Part shown: piece after piece, positions 1 through 10,158 of the stretch | Layout of the letters: every line of letters begins with the position of its first letter | How positions within the stretch are numbered: position 1 is the stretch's first letter | Source: a bacterium | GTDB taxonomy: Bacteria; SM23-31 | Assembly (NCBI GenBank): GCA_965249485.1 | Contig: OZ252239.1 | Coordinates: 608,001-672,000 of the forward strand | Length of the DNA stretch: 64,000 nucleotides | Direction: 5' to 3' | Position numbers and translations under genes: made by a program | The notes under the pieces: model-generated | What the model was told of the DNA's origin: nothing | What the model saw: only the letters and a program-made list of their open reading frames with translations | The model's database searches: none

Positions 1-1388
1 ATAAGGAGGTCGAAGCGAGCATTGATCAGATCAACTTGAGCAGTCGACTCCAATACTTGTGCATCAATAAGATCGATATTCGATGAAAGTCCAAGGTTGT
101 ATCTACTCTGAATAATTTCGAGATTATCATTTGCATGTATCAAGTTCTTTTCGAACAAGTTTATCCGGGCAAGAGATGATTTTATGGTATTGAGTGCTGT
201 ATAAAGTGAGACGAAAATCGATCGCTCAAGATCTTCTTCAAGTTTTTCAAGCTGTCGGGTCTCCGCACGTGCACGCTGCAAATCAGCTAAATCATGAAAT
301 CCGTTAAAAAGTGCATAGCTTAATTGAATTGTCGCATTCCATGACTTGAAACCATCAAGTTCAGGAGTATCATTGTTCTGCCATGCATAGGAATAGAATA
401 AATCTATATCAGGAAGAAAAGCGCTCCGGGCAATTTTCTCGGTACTCTGTGATACGTCCGACTGCATCTCAGCTATTTGTCTGCCAGGATTATTAAGGAG
501 TGCCTGATTATAAAATCTGTTGATAAACTCGGGTTTGCCGGGATCGGTATATTCAGCATAGTGCAATCGCAGAGCGATAAACTCATTTTCCGGAAAATCC
601 GAAACATCAAACGTTTCGAGCACATCCAACCCTGCGAGGTTTGCAAGGATGATTCGTGTAATTTCAGCGGTATTTTGTGCTTCAATGAGGCCGCTTTCTT
701 CGGAGGCAACCTGAGCTTCCCAGCGCAATATATCTGATTTCGGCCGCAGTCCAAGTTCATTTTTCGCCCGTGCGTTCTCAAGATTTGCTTGAGCAAGAAG
801 CAGCGCTTTCTCCTGTACCTGAATCAGTTCTCTGCTTTTGACATAGTTAAAAAATGCTGTAGAAACCTGACGTTTTACTTCAGCCTCGGTATCAATCACA
901 CCGAGTCTATCAGTCTCTTTCGTGAGTTTTGACACCTCCAGGCTCGAAGAAAGTCTTCCTCCGTTGTAGATCGGCATCAATATCGTGAATCCTGTTGAGT
1001 GGGTATTTTTAAATAATAGCGGGGGAATATCTACATCCTCAAACCCTGGAAACGACTTTATTCCCTCAATTGCAAAATTCGCATTGCGGACTGAAATATC
1101 GTCATTCCGTGTAAACCTCTGTGACAGCAGAACCTTCGGAAGAAATTCGGAATATGCTTTTTTAACATTCCAGTTCGATGCATCCAGTTTGTACTGTGCT
1201 GCCTGAATCGACCGGTTATTCTCGAGTGCAAGATTGATTATCTGCCTGAAGGAATAAACCGTTTTCGGCATTGGAGCCGCCCACAGCGACACGGAAACGA
1301 CAAGAAAAGCCACTCCAAGCACTAATAAGTGAATTGCCATTCTTCCAAATCTATTGTGGAGCTGTTGAGTAATTTGAAAAATTCCCAT
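1..1388 (-). CDS. TolC-family outer membrane efflux protein (runs off left edge)
   Basis: Not in the ORF track. Manual translation from ATG 1388 (RBS AAGAGG) gives a signal peptide, then ...IINLALENNRSIQAAQY...KKAYSEFLPK..., typical of OEP repeats. Lies downstream of the PadR gene. Confidence 0.85.
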   Translation of the reverse strand, partial: MGIFQITQQLHNRFGRMAIHLLVLGVAFLVVSVSLWAAPMPKTVYSFRQIINLALENNRSIQAAQYKLDASNWNVKKAYSEFLPKVLLSQRFTRNDDISVRNANFAIEGIKSFPGFEDVDIPPLLFKNTHSTGFTILMPIYNGGRLSSSLEVSKLTKETDRLGVIDTEAEVKRQVSTAFFNYVKSRELIQVQEKALLLAQANLENARAKNELGLRPKSDILRWEAQVASEESGLIEAQNTAEITRIILANLAGLDVLETFDVSDFPENEFIALRLHYAEYTDPGKPEFINRFYNQALLNNPGRQIAEMQSDVSQSTEKIARSAFLPDIDLFYSYAWQNNDTPELDGFKSWNATIQLSYALFNGFHDLADLQRARAETRQLEKLEEDLERSIFVSLYTALNTIKSSLARINLFEKNLIHANDNLEIIQSRYNLGLSSNIDLIDAQVLESTAQVDLINARFDLL

Positions 1389-1441
1389 GCTTAATCCTCT
1401 TTTTATTCATTTTATATCTGATTTATAATTTAATGACAGGG

Positions 1442-2035
1442 TTAATCTTGTTGTACTTTCATAATCTCTTTGTAGCATGCTTGCGTATCTTTATCCTTTT
1501 CAGATTTTTTCAAATGTTCTATCATATGCCGGATATGTTTAATTTCAAGCTCCATCTGTTCAATTCCGCTAATGATAATAGTCTGCCAGGTAAAAGGGAT
1601 CTCTTTCCACTCCTCCTGATGTTCTTTTTTTAGAATTTCACACGATTCTTTAAGATATATGATCCTTCCATGTAAAGCCGTAATCGCGGTTTCAGAGTCT
1701 GCAAAGTGAATGAAAGCAACTGCAAGCCAGAAAGGTAAATCTTCTATCTTTTTTGTATTGGCAGATGTCAGTCCCTGTTCAACAAGTTTGACCAGATGCT
1801 GCTTTCCTTTATCCGATAGCGAATAAACATTTCTTACCGGAGCTTTTCCGATTTTTTCCTTACTTACCTCTAAGTAATTTCTCTCAGTTAACCGGTTCAG
1901 CGTATTATAAATTGATGGAATGCTGATGAGCGCCCATATTTCCATCCACCGGTCTTTTGCTGTCTGCTTAATTTCATATCCATGCATAGGCTTTTCGGAA
2001 AGAAGTCCGAGAATAGCCAATTCTGTTTTCAACAT
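1442..2035 (-). CDS. PadR-family transcriptional regulator
   Basis: LAILGLLSEKPMHGYEIK...SIYNTLNRL...RNVYSLSDKG winged-helix signature. Confidence 0.92.
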   Translation of the reverse strand: MLKTELAILGLLSEKPMHGYEIKQTAKDRWMEIWALISIPSIYNTLNRLTERNYLEVSKEKIGKAPVRNVYSLSDKGKQHLVKLVEQGLTSANTKKIEDLPFWLAVAFIHFADSETAITALHGRIIYLKESCEILKKEHQEEWKEIPFTWQTIIISGIEQMELEIKHIRHMIEHLKKSEKDKDTQACYKEIMKVQQD

Positions 2036-2188
2036 AACTCCCTCAATATTATAAGTTAAACTATATTAATATATACTATCATAATTTAGAATAGTTCCCG
2101 ACAAATTTACTTTTAAAAAACTATTGATTATGAATCCATTTTTCTCTACTATTTCATTCATTACGAGGAGACTTTATCTAATATAAAT

Positions 2189-2947
2189 ATGGCTAACACA
2201 CAGAATGCTGAACTATATTCCCATCTGATTGCTCCTTTTTCTTACGATGGTGGAGATACATCCTGTTTGTTGCTTCACGGCTATACCGGTTCACCATCGG
2301 ATATGCGGCCTCTTGGCGACTTTCTTTCTCATAATGGCTATACTGTATACTGCCCTCTTCTTCCCGGGCACGGCACTTCTCACCACGAATTAAAAAAGTG
2401 TCGTTGGACAGATTGGTACGGTGCGGCAGTTAATCAATGGCAAAACTTAAAGAATAAATCGGAGAGAGTAATTCTTATCGGTCTTTCAATGGGAGGTGCT
2501 CTTGCGCTCCATTGTGCTGCACATAATCAGGTTGATGGTGTGGTGACACTTGCTTCCGGAACACGAATGGCTGATTGGCGTCTTCCTGCCCTGCCTGTTG
2601 TCCGCCATTTTATCCGTAGTGTAAAAAAGACCCGTAATTCGTATGCGCGTGGTGAAAACAGGATACGCTTTGCTTACGAGTACAATCCCACGATATCTAC
2701 ATTTGAACTCCTCAAGTTTTACCGTCACCTTGAAGACGATTTGCCGGAGATAACCACTCCGATTTTAATCATACATGCAAAAAACGACATTATTATGGGG
2801 TATGAAAATACCCATATAATTGCAGAAAACGTCCGGTCAGAGTGTAAAAAAGTCGTGCCGCTTGAAGACGGAGAGCATATTATAACGCTGAGTAAACATC
2901 AGGATTTTATCCATTCCGAAATTCTTCATTTTATCCAAAGTATTTAG
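2189..2947 (+). CDS. Alpha/beta-hydrolase carboxylesterase/monoacylglycerol lipase-like
   Basis: LLLHGYTG oxyanion motif, GLSMGG nucleophile elbow, Asp (NDII) and His (EHII). Confidence 0.9.
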   Translation: MANTQNAELYSHLIAPFSYDGGDTSCLLLHGYTGSPSDMRPLGDFLSHNGYTVYCPLLPGHGTSHHELKKCRWTDWYGAAVNQWQNLKNKSERVILIGLSMGGALALHCAAHNQVDGVVTLASGTRMADWRLPALPVVRHFIRSVKKTRNSYARGENRIRFAYEYNPTISTFELLKFYRHLEDDLPEITTPILIIHAKNDIIMGYENTHIIAENVRSECKKVVPLEDGEHIITLSKHQDFIHSEILHFIQSI

Positions 2948-3110
2948 AGACATGTACTGCCTGTCAGGCAATTCTACCGTAACAATAAATCCAATTTATA
3001 CCCAGAATATTACATTTATTAATTATTGGTAAGGCACCTAAAATCGGTTCGTTATTGCTGTTTGACTCTGGATAATGAGGAGAAAAATGATGTAGCTCGG
3101 CACATTATTC

Positions 3111-3139
3111 CTAAAGTAGTAGGAAAGAATTGCCGATAT
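3111..3139 (+). promoter_or_regulatory. Sigma28 (FliA/SigD)-type promoter
   Basis: cTAAA-N16-GCCGATAT, matching the SigD consensus, upstream of the 3159/3189 ORF. Confidence 0.7.
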
Positions 3140-3188
3140 ATAGATGTGAATTAACCACATGAACGAGCATATTCCAGGGAGGGAAGAG

Positions 3189-4220
3189 ATGCTCAGATTG
3201 TCGCTGGCGCCAGCAAATTTTTTTCGGAATTATCCGGCAACTATAGGTGAATTGCTGTTACAGCCATATCGTAATAACCGAAGTTCACCACATTCATATC
3301 TGCATTTAAAGACAAATTCCGAACTACAGTCTTCTCCGGGTGTGTATTCAGAATCAGATGATCTGCAGAACCCGGAAGAAGCTCTAAGCATATTCCCAAA
3401 CCTAACTCCAGAGAAATTTGTCAGTCAACTGTTGACACAGAAATCTGAACAAGATCCAACCGGCCTCAATGAGTTTTCGCAGCAATCGCCGCTTGATCTT
3501 ACTGTTTCGTATAGCGTTTCTGCAAATAGTACAAAGCCAAACAATACAACCAAAAGTGAGAATTCAGGAGTGCAAATCCAAGGGGTTTCGTACCGGAATG
3601 TAGTACGCTCATACCAGAGAAACTCCATTGTACAATCGCGGCTTCAGAACAGAGATGAACAGCTTAATCTATTTTTCCGCCAATCGGAACGATATACTTC
3701 TGAGATTAAGAGTGTTCAAGTTGAGGAATTTCAGGATGTTCGCAACAAAGTTGCTGCTGCCTTTGAGTATAATATCCATCTGGAGTTCGATTTTCTTCAA
3801 CAATTTTATTCCCAATCGAAACAAATCAATGGTGTCGGCAGTGATGTGCTGCAGGGATACCTTAATGTCACAGACCAAACATTACAGCGATCCGTAGATG
3901 TTACAAAGTCATTTTTTAATACGGTAGATTCACTTCTAAGCGGTTCCAAAAAGCAATTTTTAGAACGGATTAATCAGCTTTTCAATGAAATGCGTACTGC
4001 TCTTGGTGAAAATTCGGATACGGTTGAACAGGATAGGGAACAGATCATCAATACCGTTACTGCATTTTTTGATAAGACTGAAGCCTTGTTGGACCAGGCA
4101 GAAGCGAAAGCGCTGAATAGCGCTCACGAAACACCACAAGTTAATTTCTCAAATCCACAACAAACAGACCTTTCGTTAGATCAATCTGTACAAACGCCTG
4201 TAGAAAACATTTCCGAATAG
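3189..4220 (+). CDS. Hypothetical protein, probably in the flagellar (sigma28) regulon
   Basis: Long ORF (track start 3159). ATG 3189 is preceded by GGGAGG. S/Q-rich with a helical C-terminal half; no recognisable motif. Confidence 0.7.
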   Translation: MLRLSLAPANFFRNYPATIGELLLQPYRNNRSSPHSYLHLKTNSELQSSPGVYSESDDLQNPEEALSIFPNLTPEKFVSQLLTQKSEQDPTGLNEFSQQSPLDLTVSYSVSANSTKPNNTTKSENSGVQIQGVSYRNVVRSYQRNSIVQSRLQNRDEQLNLFFRQSERYTSEIKSVQVEEFQDVRNKVAAAFEYNIHLEFDFLQQFYSQSKQINGVGSDVLQGYLNVTDQTLQRSVDVTKSFFNTVDSLLSGSKKQFLERINQLFNEMRTALGENSDTVEQDREQIINTVTAFFDKTEALLDQAEAKALNSAHETPQVNFSNPQQTDLSLDQSVQTPVENISE

Positions 4221-4422
4221 TCAGCAATTTGTACTATGCTGTATTCCTCTGTATATTATCTGCCCAATACGGAATTAATTCCCTGCCGAAATCAACGTTT
4301 CATTGATCAAAAACATCTTGCATTTTAAGGCGAAACAAGATATACTTTGAGTGCTAAAAGTAAACGTAATTTCTTACATACTGAAATACTATAAATATCC
4401 CAAGAAAATCGTCCGGACACTT

Positions 4423-5790
4423 ATGCCGCAGGTGTGTAAAAACCATTCAGAACATGTAGCGTTCAAGCGATGCTACCGGTGCAAGTCATATATATGCACT
4501 ACATGTATTCACAGGGCCCACCACCATCAATTTTGCGGAAGCATCTGTGCATCACTTTTTTTCGTGAAGCAATCAATTTCTCACTTTAATTTACGAAATA
4601 TTACCATACCTGGAAAATTCGGCTTTTCCGAGCGGATGTTCCTTTATTCTCTTATAAGTATAAATTTAATGTTTCTTATTTATCTAACAGTTCGATTATC
4701 AACTTTATCTAATGAGTTGACCAGTTATCGTATTCAAACAGAATTGGCAGCGACTGTTAAGGATAAAAAAAATATGCAGGAGAGACTTTTTTTTGAAAAT
4801 CGAATATTTCCTGCAGCGATCGACTCATTGCAGAAGAAAACCGTTATTTCCGGATCTATTTCGTTGTCCGGTAAAGCACACTATAATAGCGTTATTGTTT
4901 TATATGTCAATGAGAAACTTACTGCGACCAAAATACCTGAAAAGGGCTCATTTATATTTGACAATGTAAATCTCAATCCGGGACAAAACCTCCTGCGATT
5001 TCGTGCTTTTGATCATAATAAGACGATCACCGATTTTGCGGAAATGACTATCGAATATAGGATTCCTGATATTTCTTCACGAACCTTAAACGTGTCTCGG
5101 GGTGATCCTGACTCTACTGCAATGTCTCTCACTTTCGATGGCGGTTCGCTGGCAAACAATGCTCATGAGATTCTGGATATTTTACAGCAAAAAGGTGTGA
5201 CGACTACCATGTTTTTGACTGGTGAATTTGTCCGGAAAAATCCGGATGTTGCTCAAAGGATTGTATCCGACGGGCATGAGGTTGGTAACCATACGTTATC
5301 TCACAGGCATTTAACATCATATGCTCATAACTCCCGTCATGAAACACTTCCGGACCTTACTTTTGAACAGTTTAAAAATGAGTTGACACGTACCGATTCA
5401 CTTTTTCAAGAAGTAACAGGTATACCGATGAAGAAACTTTGGCGTGCTCCGTTTGGTGAGATTAATCAAGAGATTTTAGTGTGGGCTGCTTCGCTGGGGT
5501 ACCGTCACATTTCCTGGACTCATAGCGGGTCTTCCCGAATGACAATGGATTCACACGATTGGGTGAGTGACAAAGATTCCGAACTCTATAAGTCCGCAGA
5601 TGAGATTCGAGATGCACTTTTTCAGTTTGAAGCAGTAGACCAGAACGGCTCAAATGGAGCAATAGTGTTAATGCATCTCGGGAGCACACGCAATACTGAA
5701 AATCTCTACAAGTCGCTTCCCGATATTATTGACGGTTTCCGTGAAAAGGGTTACACGCTCGAACCTGTTTCTGAACTAGTTTCTCAGTAA
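4423..5790 (+). CDS. Membrane-anchored polysaccharide deacetylase (NodB/CE4) with N-terminal Cys/His zinc finger and Ig-like domain
   Basis: TFDGG, NHTLSH, RAPFG and LMH motifs; N-terminal CKNH..CYRC..CTTC..FCGSIC; one TM. ATG 4423 preferred over the track GTG at 4351. Confidence 0.88.
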   Translation: MPQVCKNHSEHVAFKRCYRCKSYICTTCIHRAHHHQFCGSICASLFFVKQSISHFNLRNITIPGKFGFSERMFLYSLISINLMFLIYLTVRLSTLSNELTSYRIQTELAATVKDKKNMQERLFFENRIFPAAIDSLQKKTVISGSISLSGKAHYNSVIVLYVNEKLTATKIPEKGSFIFDNVNLNPGQNLLRFRAFDHNKTITDFAEMTIEYRIPDISSRTLNVSRGDPDSTAMSLTFDGGSLANNAHEILDILQQKGVTTTMFLTGEFVRKNPDVAQRIVSDGHEVGNHTLSHRHLTSYAHNSRHETLPDLTFEQFKNELTRTDSLFQEVTGIPMKKLWRAPFGEINQEILVWAASLGYRHISWTHSGSSRMTMDSHDWVSDKDSELYKSADEIRDALFQFEAVDQNGSNGAIVLMHLGSTRNTENLYKSLPDIIDGFREKGYTLEPVSELVSQ

Positions 5791-5842
5791 TATACACCTC
5801 AATCCGTGAGGAATGTCACACATCTGCTCTTTAATTCCATTA

Positions 5843-6562
5843 TTAGATTCCTCGTACTATAGTAGTAGCACTGCTTGTTCCAATCCTGTCAACGCCCTGT
5901 TCTCGTAATGACCGGGCAAACTTTACCGTACGTATCCCGCCGGCCGCTTTTACTTGTACTGATTCTGGCAGCACCGACTTAAAAAATGGCACATCGTTTT
6001 TGTGGACCCCTCCCGCTGCATGTAGTCCGGTTGATGTTTTAAGAAAATCGGCGTGTGCCTGCGTAACAAGTTCGGCAGCTTGTGCAAGCAGAGTACCTTC
6101 GGATTGTTTTTTCTCTATTTCTATTGTGCGCAAATATGCTGATTCTATGATAACTTTTATCCGCGGAACAGACTTTTCATTTCTGCTGCACCGAATGCTT
6201 TTTGCCGCTTCAACCACAGCAGCAATATCCTGAAGTACATATTCATAGTCACCTCGGACGAATTTTTCGATATTAATAACCATATCGATTTCATCAGCAC
6301 CGGATTTAATGAGCTGTTCTGTCTGTTTGCATTTATCAATCGTCGAATCAGACCCATGAGGGAAACTTACTACTGACACAACCTTGACAGGAGTTTCGGC
6401 TACAAGCGAATAACTATATTGCACAAACTCCGGCGAAATACAGACAGCATAAAATCCAATTGATTCCGCATCACTGCACAGTTGTTTAATTTCTTCATGG
6501 GAAACCGAATCACGGAGAAGTGTCGAATCTAAGAGTTCCGGAGGGAAATGGTAATCTGACAT
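5843..6562 (-). CDS. deoC: Deoxyribose-phosphate aldolase
   Basis: GADEIDMVIN, KVIIE, FLKTSTG, KAAGGIR, RIGTSS. Confidence 0.95.
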   Translation of the reverse strand: MSDYHFPPELLDSTLLRDSVSHEEIKQLCSDAESIGFYAVCISPEFVQYSYSLVAETPVKVVSVVSFPHGSDSTIDKCKQTEQLIKSGADEIDMVINIEKFVRGDYEYVLQDIAAVVEAAKSIRCSRNEKSVPRIKVIIESAYLRTIEIEKKQSEGTLLAQAAELVTQAHADFLKTSTGLHAAGGVHKNDVPFFKSVLPESVQVKAAGGIRTVKFARSLREQGVDRIGTSSATTIVRGI

Positions 6563-6582
6563 GAAAGCTCTTTTGGTGAAGG

Positions 6583-6990
6583 TCAAACCGGTGTTCCATT
6601 ATGCGTTTGGGAAGGGGTGCCATTTACTGTGACGTGCGAAGAGAATTTATCCTTAAGCCATATTCTCAACTTCGCACGTGTGGGGCGAAACAACATAAGA
6701 AATCCGAAGCAATCGGTAATAATACCGGGTGTCAGTAGGAGAACTCCCGCAATCAGAATTATAAGTCCGTCTATCAATTCATCGGCCGGAAGCTGACCGA
6801 CCGACATTTTGTGACGGATAGTGAAGAACACGCGGAATCCTTCCATCCTGGCAAGATAGGCACCAACGATACCGGTAACCACAATAAGCGTCAGAGTTGC
6901 AAATGTGCCGATTATCCTACCAACATCAATCAGGACCGCAAGTTCAATCAATGGCACAAAAATAAAAAGGAGTAATAGACGTGCAAACAT
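6583..6990 (-). CDS. fxsA: FxsA family membrane protein
   Basis: LLLLFIFVPLIELAVLIDVG...GVLLLTPGIITD. Confidence 0.92.
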   Translation of the reverse strand: MFARLLLLFIFVPLIELAVLIDVGRIIGTFATLTLIVVTGIVGAYLARMEGFRVFFTIRHKMSVGQLPADELIDGLIILIAGVLLLTPGIITDCFGFLMLFRPTRAKLRIWLKDKFSSHVTVNGTPSQTHNGTPV

Positions 6991-7184
6991 AGAATATATT
7001 GTTGAAAATTGTAAAACTTACTGTAAAATAATAGTATTAAAGTGGTTTGCAAGGAATAATTGACGACACAGTGTCAAAAATAGGAGTACTCATTTATTGT
7101 CCGCCATTCTTGTGCAAGAAAAGGGAGACGCCGGTGGGATACTTAATAAGTGAATATACATTACATTGATTGAAACAATACTAT

Positions 7185-7526
7185 CTACGCAACTTGTGAA
7201 AGAATTACGTAATTTTCAAACTTTTTAATACCGTGAATGACAAACTGCTTCCAATCATTGATGGTACCCATCCAAACTTTTTTATCGACCGGACCGGCCT
7301 GACCGGAAACTAAACGCCCAAAAAAGTCACTGTCACATTCCTGTTCCAGCATATCCATACTTTCCAGAAGATGCAGTTCGTTCATTGACAGGTAATCACG
7401 AATATTTTCATACGATACAGAATACTTCTTTTGCACATGTAAAAGACGATTCCGTATCTCATCGAGTGCACCTATCAAGTGGTTGTGATACACTGATACA
7501 TTCTTTTTGTGATTTACGGTGTCCAT
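7185..7526 (-). CDS. Hypothetical protein
   Basis: 113-aa ORF with AAAGG upstream of the ATG and protein-like composition. Confidence 0.55.
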   Translation of the reverse strand: MDTVNHKKNVSVYHNHLIGALDEIRNRLLHVQKKYSVSYENIRDYLSMNELHLLESMDMLEQECDSDFFGRLVSGQAGPVDKKVWMGTINDWKQFVIHGIKKFENYVILSQVA

Positions 7527-7989
7527 GATTCAACCTTTCTCTTTGACACATAAACATGCGTTAATTAAGTATAATAAACAAATGTTCACTTGTCAAGGTT
7601 TTTCACTTCCACATCTTTTAATAATTAAACACAATTGCGTCCAAAACAGTTTCATATTTCACAAAAAATATTGCAATTTTTGTACCACCTATACAATTTA
7701 TCGTCATATTTCCAAAATAATTTAGATATTGATACAATATATACGATGGTTTTGAAACAATAATTGTAGCGCCGGATATAAAAAAGATTAAAAATGTGGA
7801 AACTTTATGCTTAGAAAAACATTAAATTATATAATTGGGCGACCGCCCGATATAAAAAGTGTTGTTTCTATTCTTTAATTGCACTTTTGGATTTTCGAGT
7901 GATCATAGTAATCAACCTATGTAATATTTTTTTACAAAGTGTTCATATTGATACAAATCTGTCTCAAAATTGAACAATGAGGTTTCGCA

Positions 7990-8604
7990 ATGCCGAAAGT
8001 CGTTGATATAGAAGAAAAACGAAAATATTTAATGAATGCAGCCCATGAGCTTTTTTTGGAAATGGGCTACAAATCGGTAACAACCCGTCAAATAGCGGCA
8101 AAAGCAGGTATTTCGAAGGGGACACTTTACCATTACTTTAAAAACAAAGAGGACCTGTTTGCACAGACCATACGGGAACATATCATTAAAACAATGATTA
8201 TCAAATCAGCACTCGAAGATAAAACAGCAACACCAAGAGAGCGATTTCTTAAATTAATAAGCCTCTGTGACTCTTCATCAGAAGAGCGTGAAAAACGCTT
8301 CCACATGATGTTTGACTTTATGGTTTACTGTACTGACAAGGAGTTAGTGCATAACGTCATTAATTCTATTTATGAAGAGGCGCGAAGTGTTATTAGAACA
8401 ATAATTAAAGATGAATTTGAAGAATATTGCTCGAACAACGATCACATTCAGCTTTTTACTAACATCATTGTTGCTTATCTCGACGGTATCCATTTTCAAA
8501 ATCTTATTTCTCGGGATAAGGCACGGCTTGCAGAAGCAAACTCACTTTTCTGGGAAATGATTCAAAACATAATGGAGAATCCGCTTCTTGCACCTGTTCA
8601 ATAG
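7990..8604 (+). CDS. TetR/AcrR-family regulator
   Basis: AHELFLEMGYKSVTTRQIAAKAGISKGTLYHYFKNKEDL helix-turn-helix. Confidence 0.95.
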   Translation: MPKVVDIEEKRKYLMNAAHELFLEMGYKSVTTRQIAAKAGISKGTLYHYFKNKEDLFAQTIREHIIKTMIIKSALEDKTATPRERFLKLISLCDSSSEEREKRFHMMFDFMVYCTDKELVHNVINSIYEEARSVIRTIIKDEFEEYCSNNDHIQLFTNIIVAYLDGIHFQNLISRDKARLAEANSLFWEMIQNIMENPLLAPVQ

Positions 8605-8734
8605 ATAAAATGCGTTTCGCTGTACAAGTATTTTCATTAATAACGATCCAGGATGAAAACAAAATCAGTGCATTGATTACTATCATTATTATTTATCTGA
8701 AAAAATATCGTATTAACAATTCACTGCGCGTATA

Positions 8735-10084
8735 GTGTACAAGGAGGATTTTGTGAAACGATTTATACGTTCATTACCATTTCTAATTCTTAGTTTCTGT
8801 GTGATTGCACAGACAGCTTTAGCAAGGCAGCAGGCAGAAACACTGCGACTTACGCTCAGTGATGCCATTTCTCTCGCTCTCCAGAACAATAGAGATGTGT
8901 TGATTTCCCGTGAAGGGGTAAAAAGAGCATTACAACAAGTACGGGAAGCACGTTCGACAACCATGCCGTCTTTGAAGTTTGAAACAGACATTACACGAAC
9001 ACTGCAAAAACCGGCATTTTTTCTGGATTTCGGCGGAGATGTACAAAAAATAGAAATCGGCACCGACAATTCTTTCATATCAACTATAACAGCTGAACAG
9101 CTTTTGTATTCGGGTGGACAGGTGAGTACCGCCATTGCCATCGCGCGGAGTTTTGAAGCATCCGCTGAGGAATTGATCTATCATACGGAAAAAAACACTG
9201 CCTTTACAGTAAAGCAGCAGTTTTACAAAATACTTTTAAACAGGGAAGTGCTTCGTGTGACCCGACGAAATTTGGAGCAGGCACAAGCACATTTGGATCA
9301 TTTAACAACACTCTACAAAAGCGGTATAGCTTCCGAATTCGAAATGCTCAGGGCAAGCGTGCAGGTTGCCAATGTACTTCCCAGAGTGTTGTCTGCCGAA
9401 AATGACATTGTTCTTCAAGAGGACCTTCTAAAGAATACAATTGGAATTCCGCTTGAAACAGAGATTGATATCAAAGGTGAGTTGAAACCTGAATTTATTA
9501 AGGAATCTCTGGTGGAAGATCTTGAACGGTCTGCATATTACAATAGAAACGATTATAAAAACCTTGAGTTGACCCGTGAGACATTCGCAGGCAGGGTGAA
9601 GTATGAATGTTCAAGTCTCTATCCGCAACTACGATTCAACTATAATTACCAGCTGCAGGGCCAATCTAATACTTTTGAATTTGGATCTCAGGAGCGAGTC
9701 ACGAGCCAGAATGCTTCGATCAATCTCAGTTTTCCTCTTTTTGACGGATTTCAGGCTTCTGCCCGGTCTCAACAGGCTAAAATTGATGTCAGTGAAGTTG
9801 ACTTTCGGCTTTTAAAACTTAAAGAAGCAATTAACATTCAGTTTACGGAAGCACGGCATAACATGAATAATGCACGGCAAAGAATCGAATCACTAGCCCA
9901 AACAGTTATCCAAGCGCAAAAAGCCTATGACATTGCGCAGGTTCGGTACAATTCCGGTCAGGGAACGCAGTTGGAGCTGTTTGATGCCCAAATAGCACTT
10001 GAAGTTGCAGAGCTGAATACGTACCAGAGTATTTATGATTATGAAATTTCGAAAGCACAGTGGTATAATGCCGTCGGACAATAG
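8735..10084 (+). CDS. TolC-family outer membrane efflux protein
   Basis: Signal peptide, LTLSDAISLALQNN, RYNSGQGTQLELFDAQ. Confidence 0.93.
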   Translation: MYKEDFVKRFIRSLPFLILSFCVIAQTALARQQAETLRLTLSDAISLALQNNRDVLISREGVKRALQQVREARSTTMPSLKFETDITRTLQKPAFFLDFGGDVQKIEIGTDNSFISTITAEQLLYSGGQVSTAIAIARSFEASAEELIYHTEKNTAFTVKQQFYKILLNREVLRVTRRNLEQAQAHLDHLTTLYKSGIASEFEMLRASVQVANVLPRVLSAENDIVLQEDLLKNTIGIPLETEIDIKGELKPEFIKESLVEDLERSAYYNRNDYKNLELTRETFAGRVKYECSSLYPQLRFNYNYQLQGQSNTFEFGSQERVTSQNASINLSFPLFDGFQASARSQQAKIDVSEVDFRLLKLKEAINIQFTEARHNMNNARQRIESLAQTVIQAQKAYDIAQVRYNSGQGTQLELFDAQIALEVAELNTYQSIYDYEISKAQWYNAVGQ

Positions 10085-10158
10085 ACTTACCATTTATTTA
10101 TCATGTTTGAAGCTAAGTATTTTACAAGAGTAGCATTCCAGAACGGAGGAGTTTTCTT

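Noticed and set aside
473..1206. Track ORFs 473..796, 477..737 and 985..1206
   Set aside because: Shadow ORFs of the truncated minus-strand TolC gene
7823..7854. Sigma28 promoter upstream of TetR (TAAA...CCCGATAT)
   Set aside because: The spacer is 19 nt, outside the 15-16 nt seen at the other two sites
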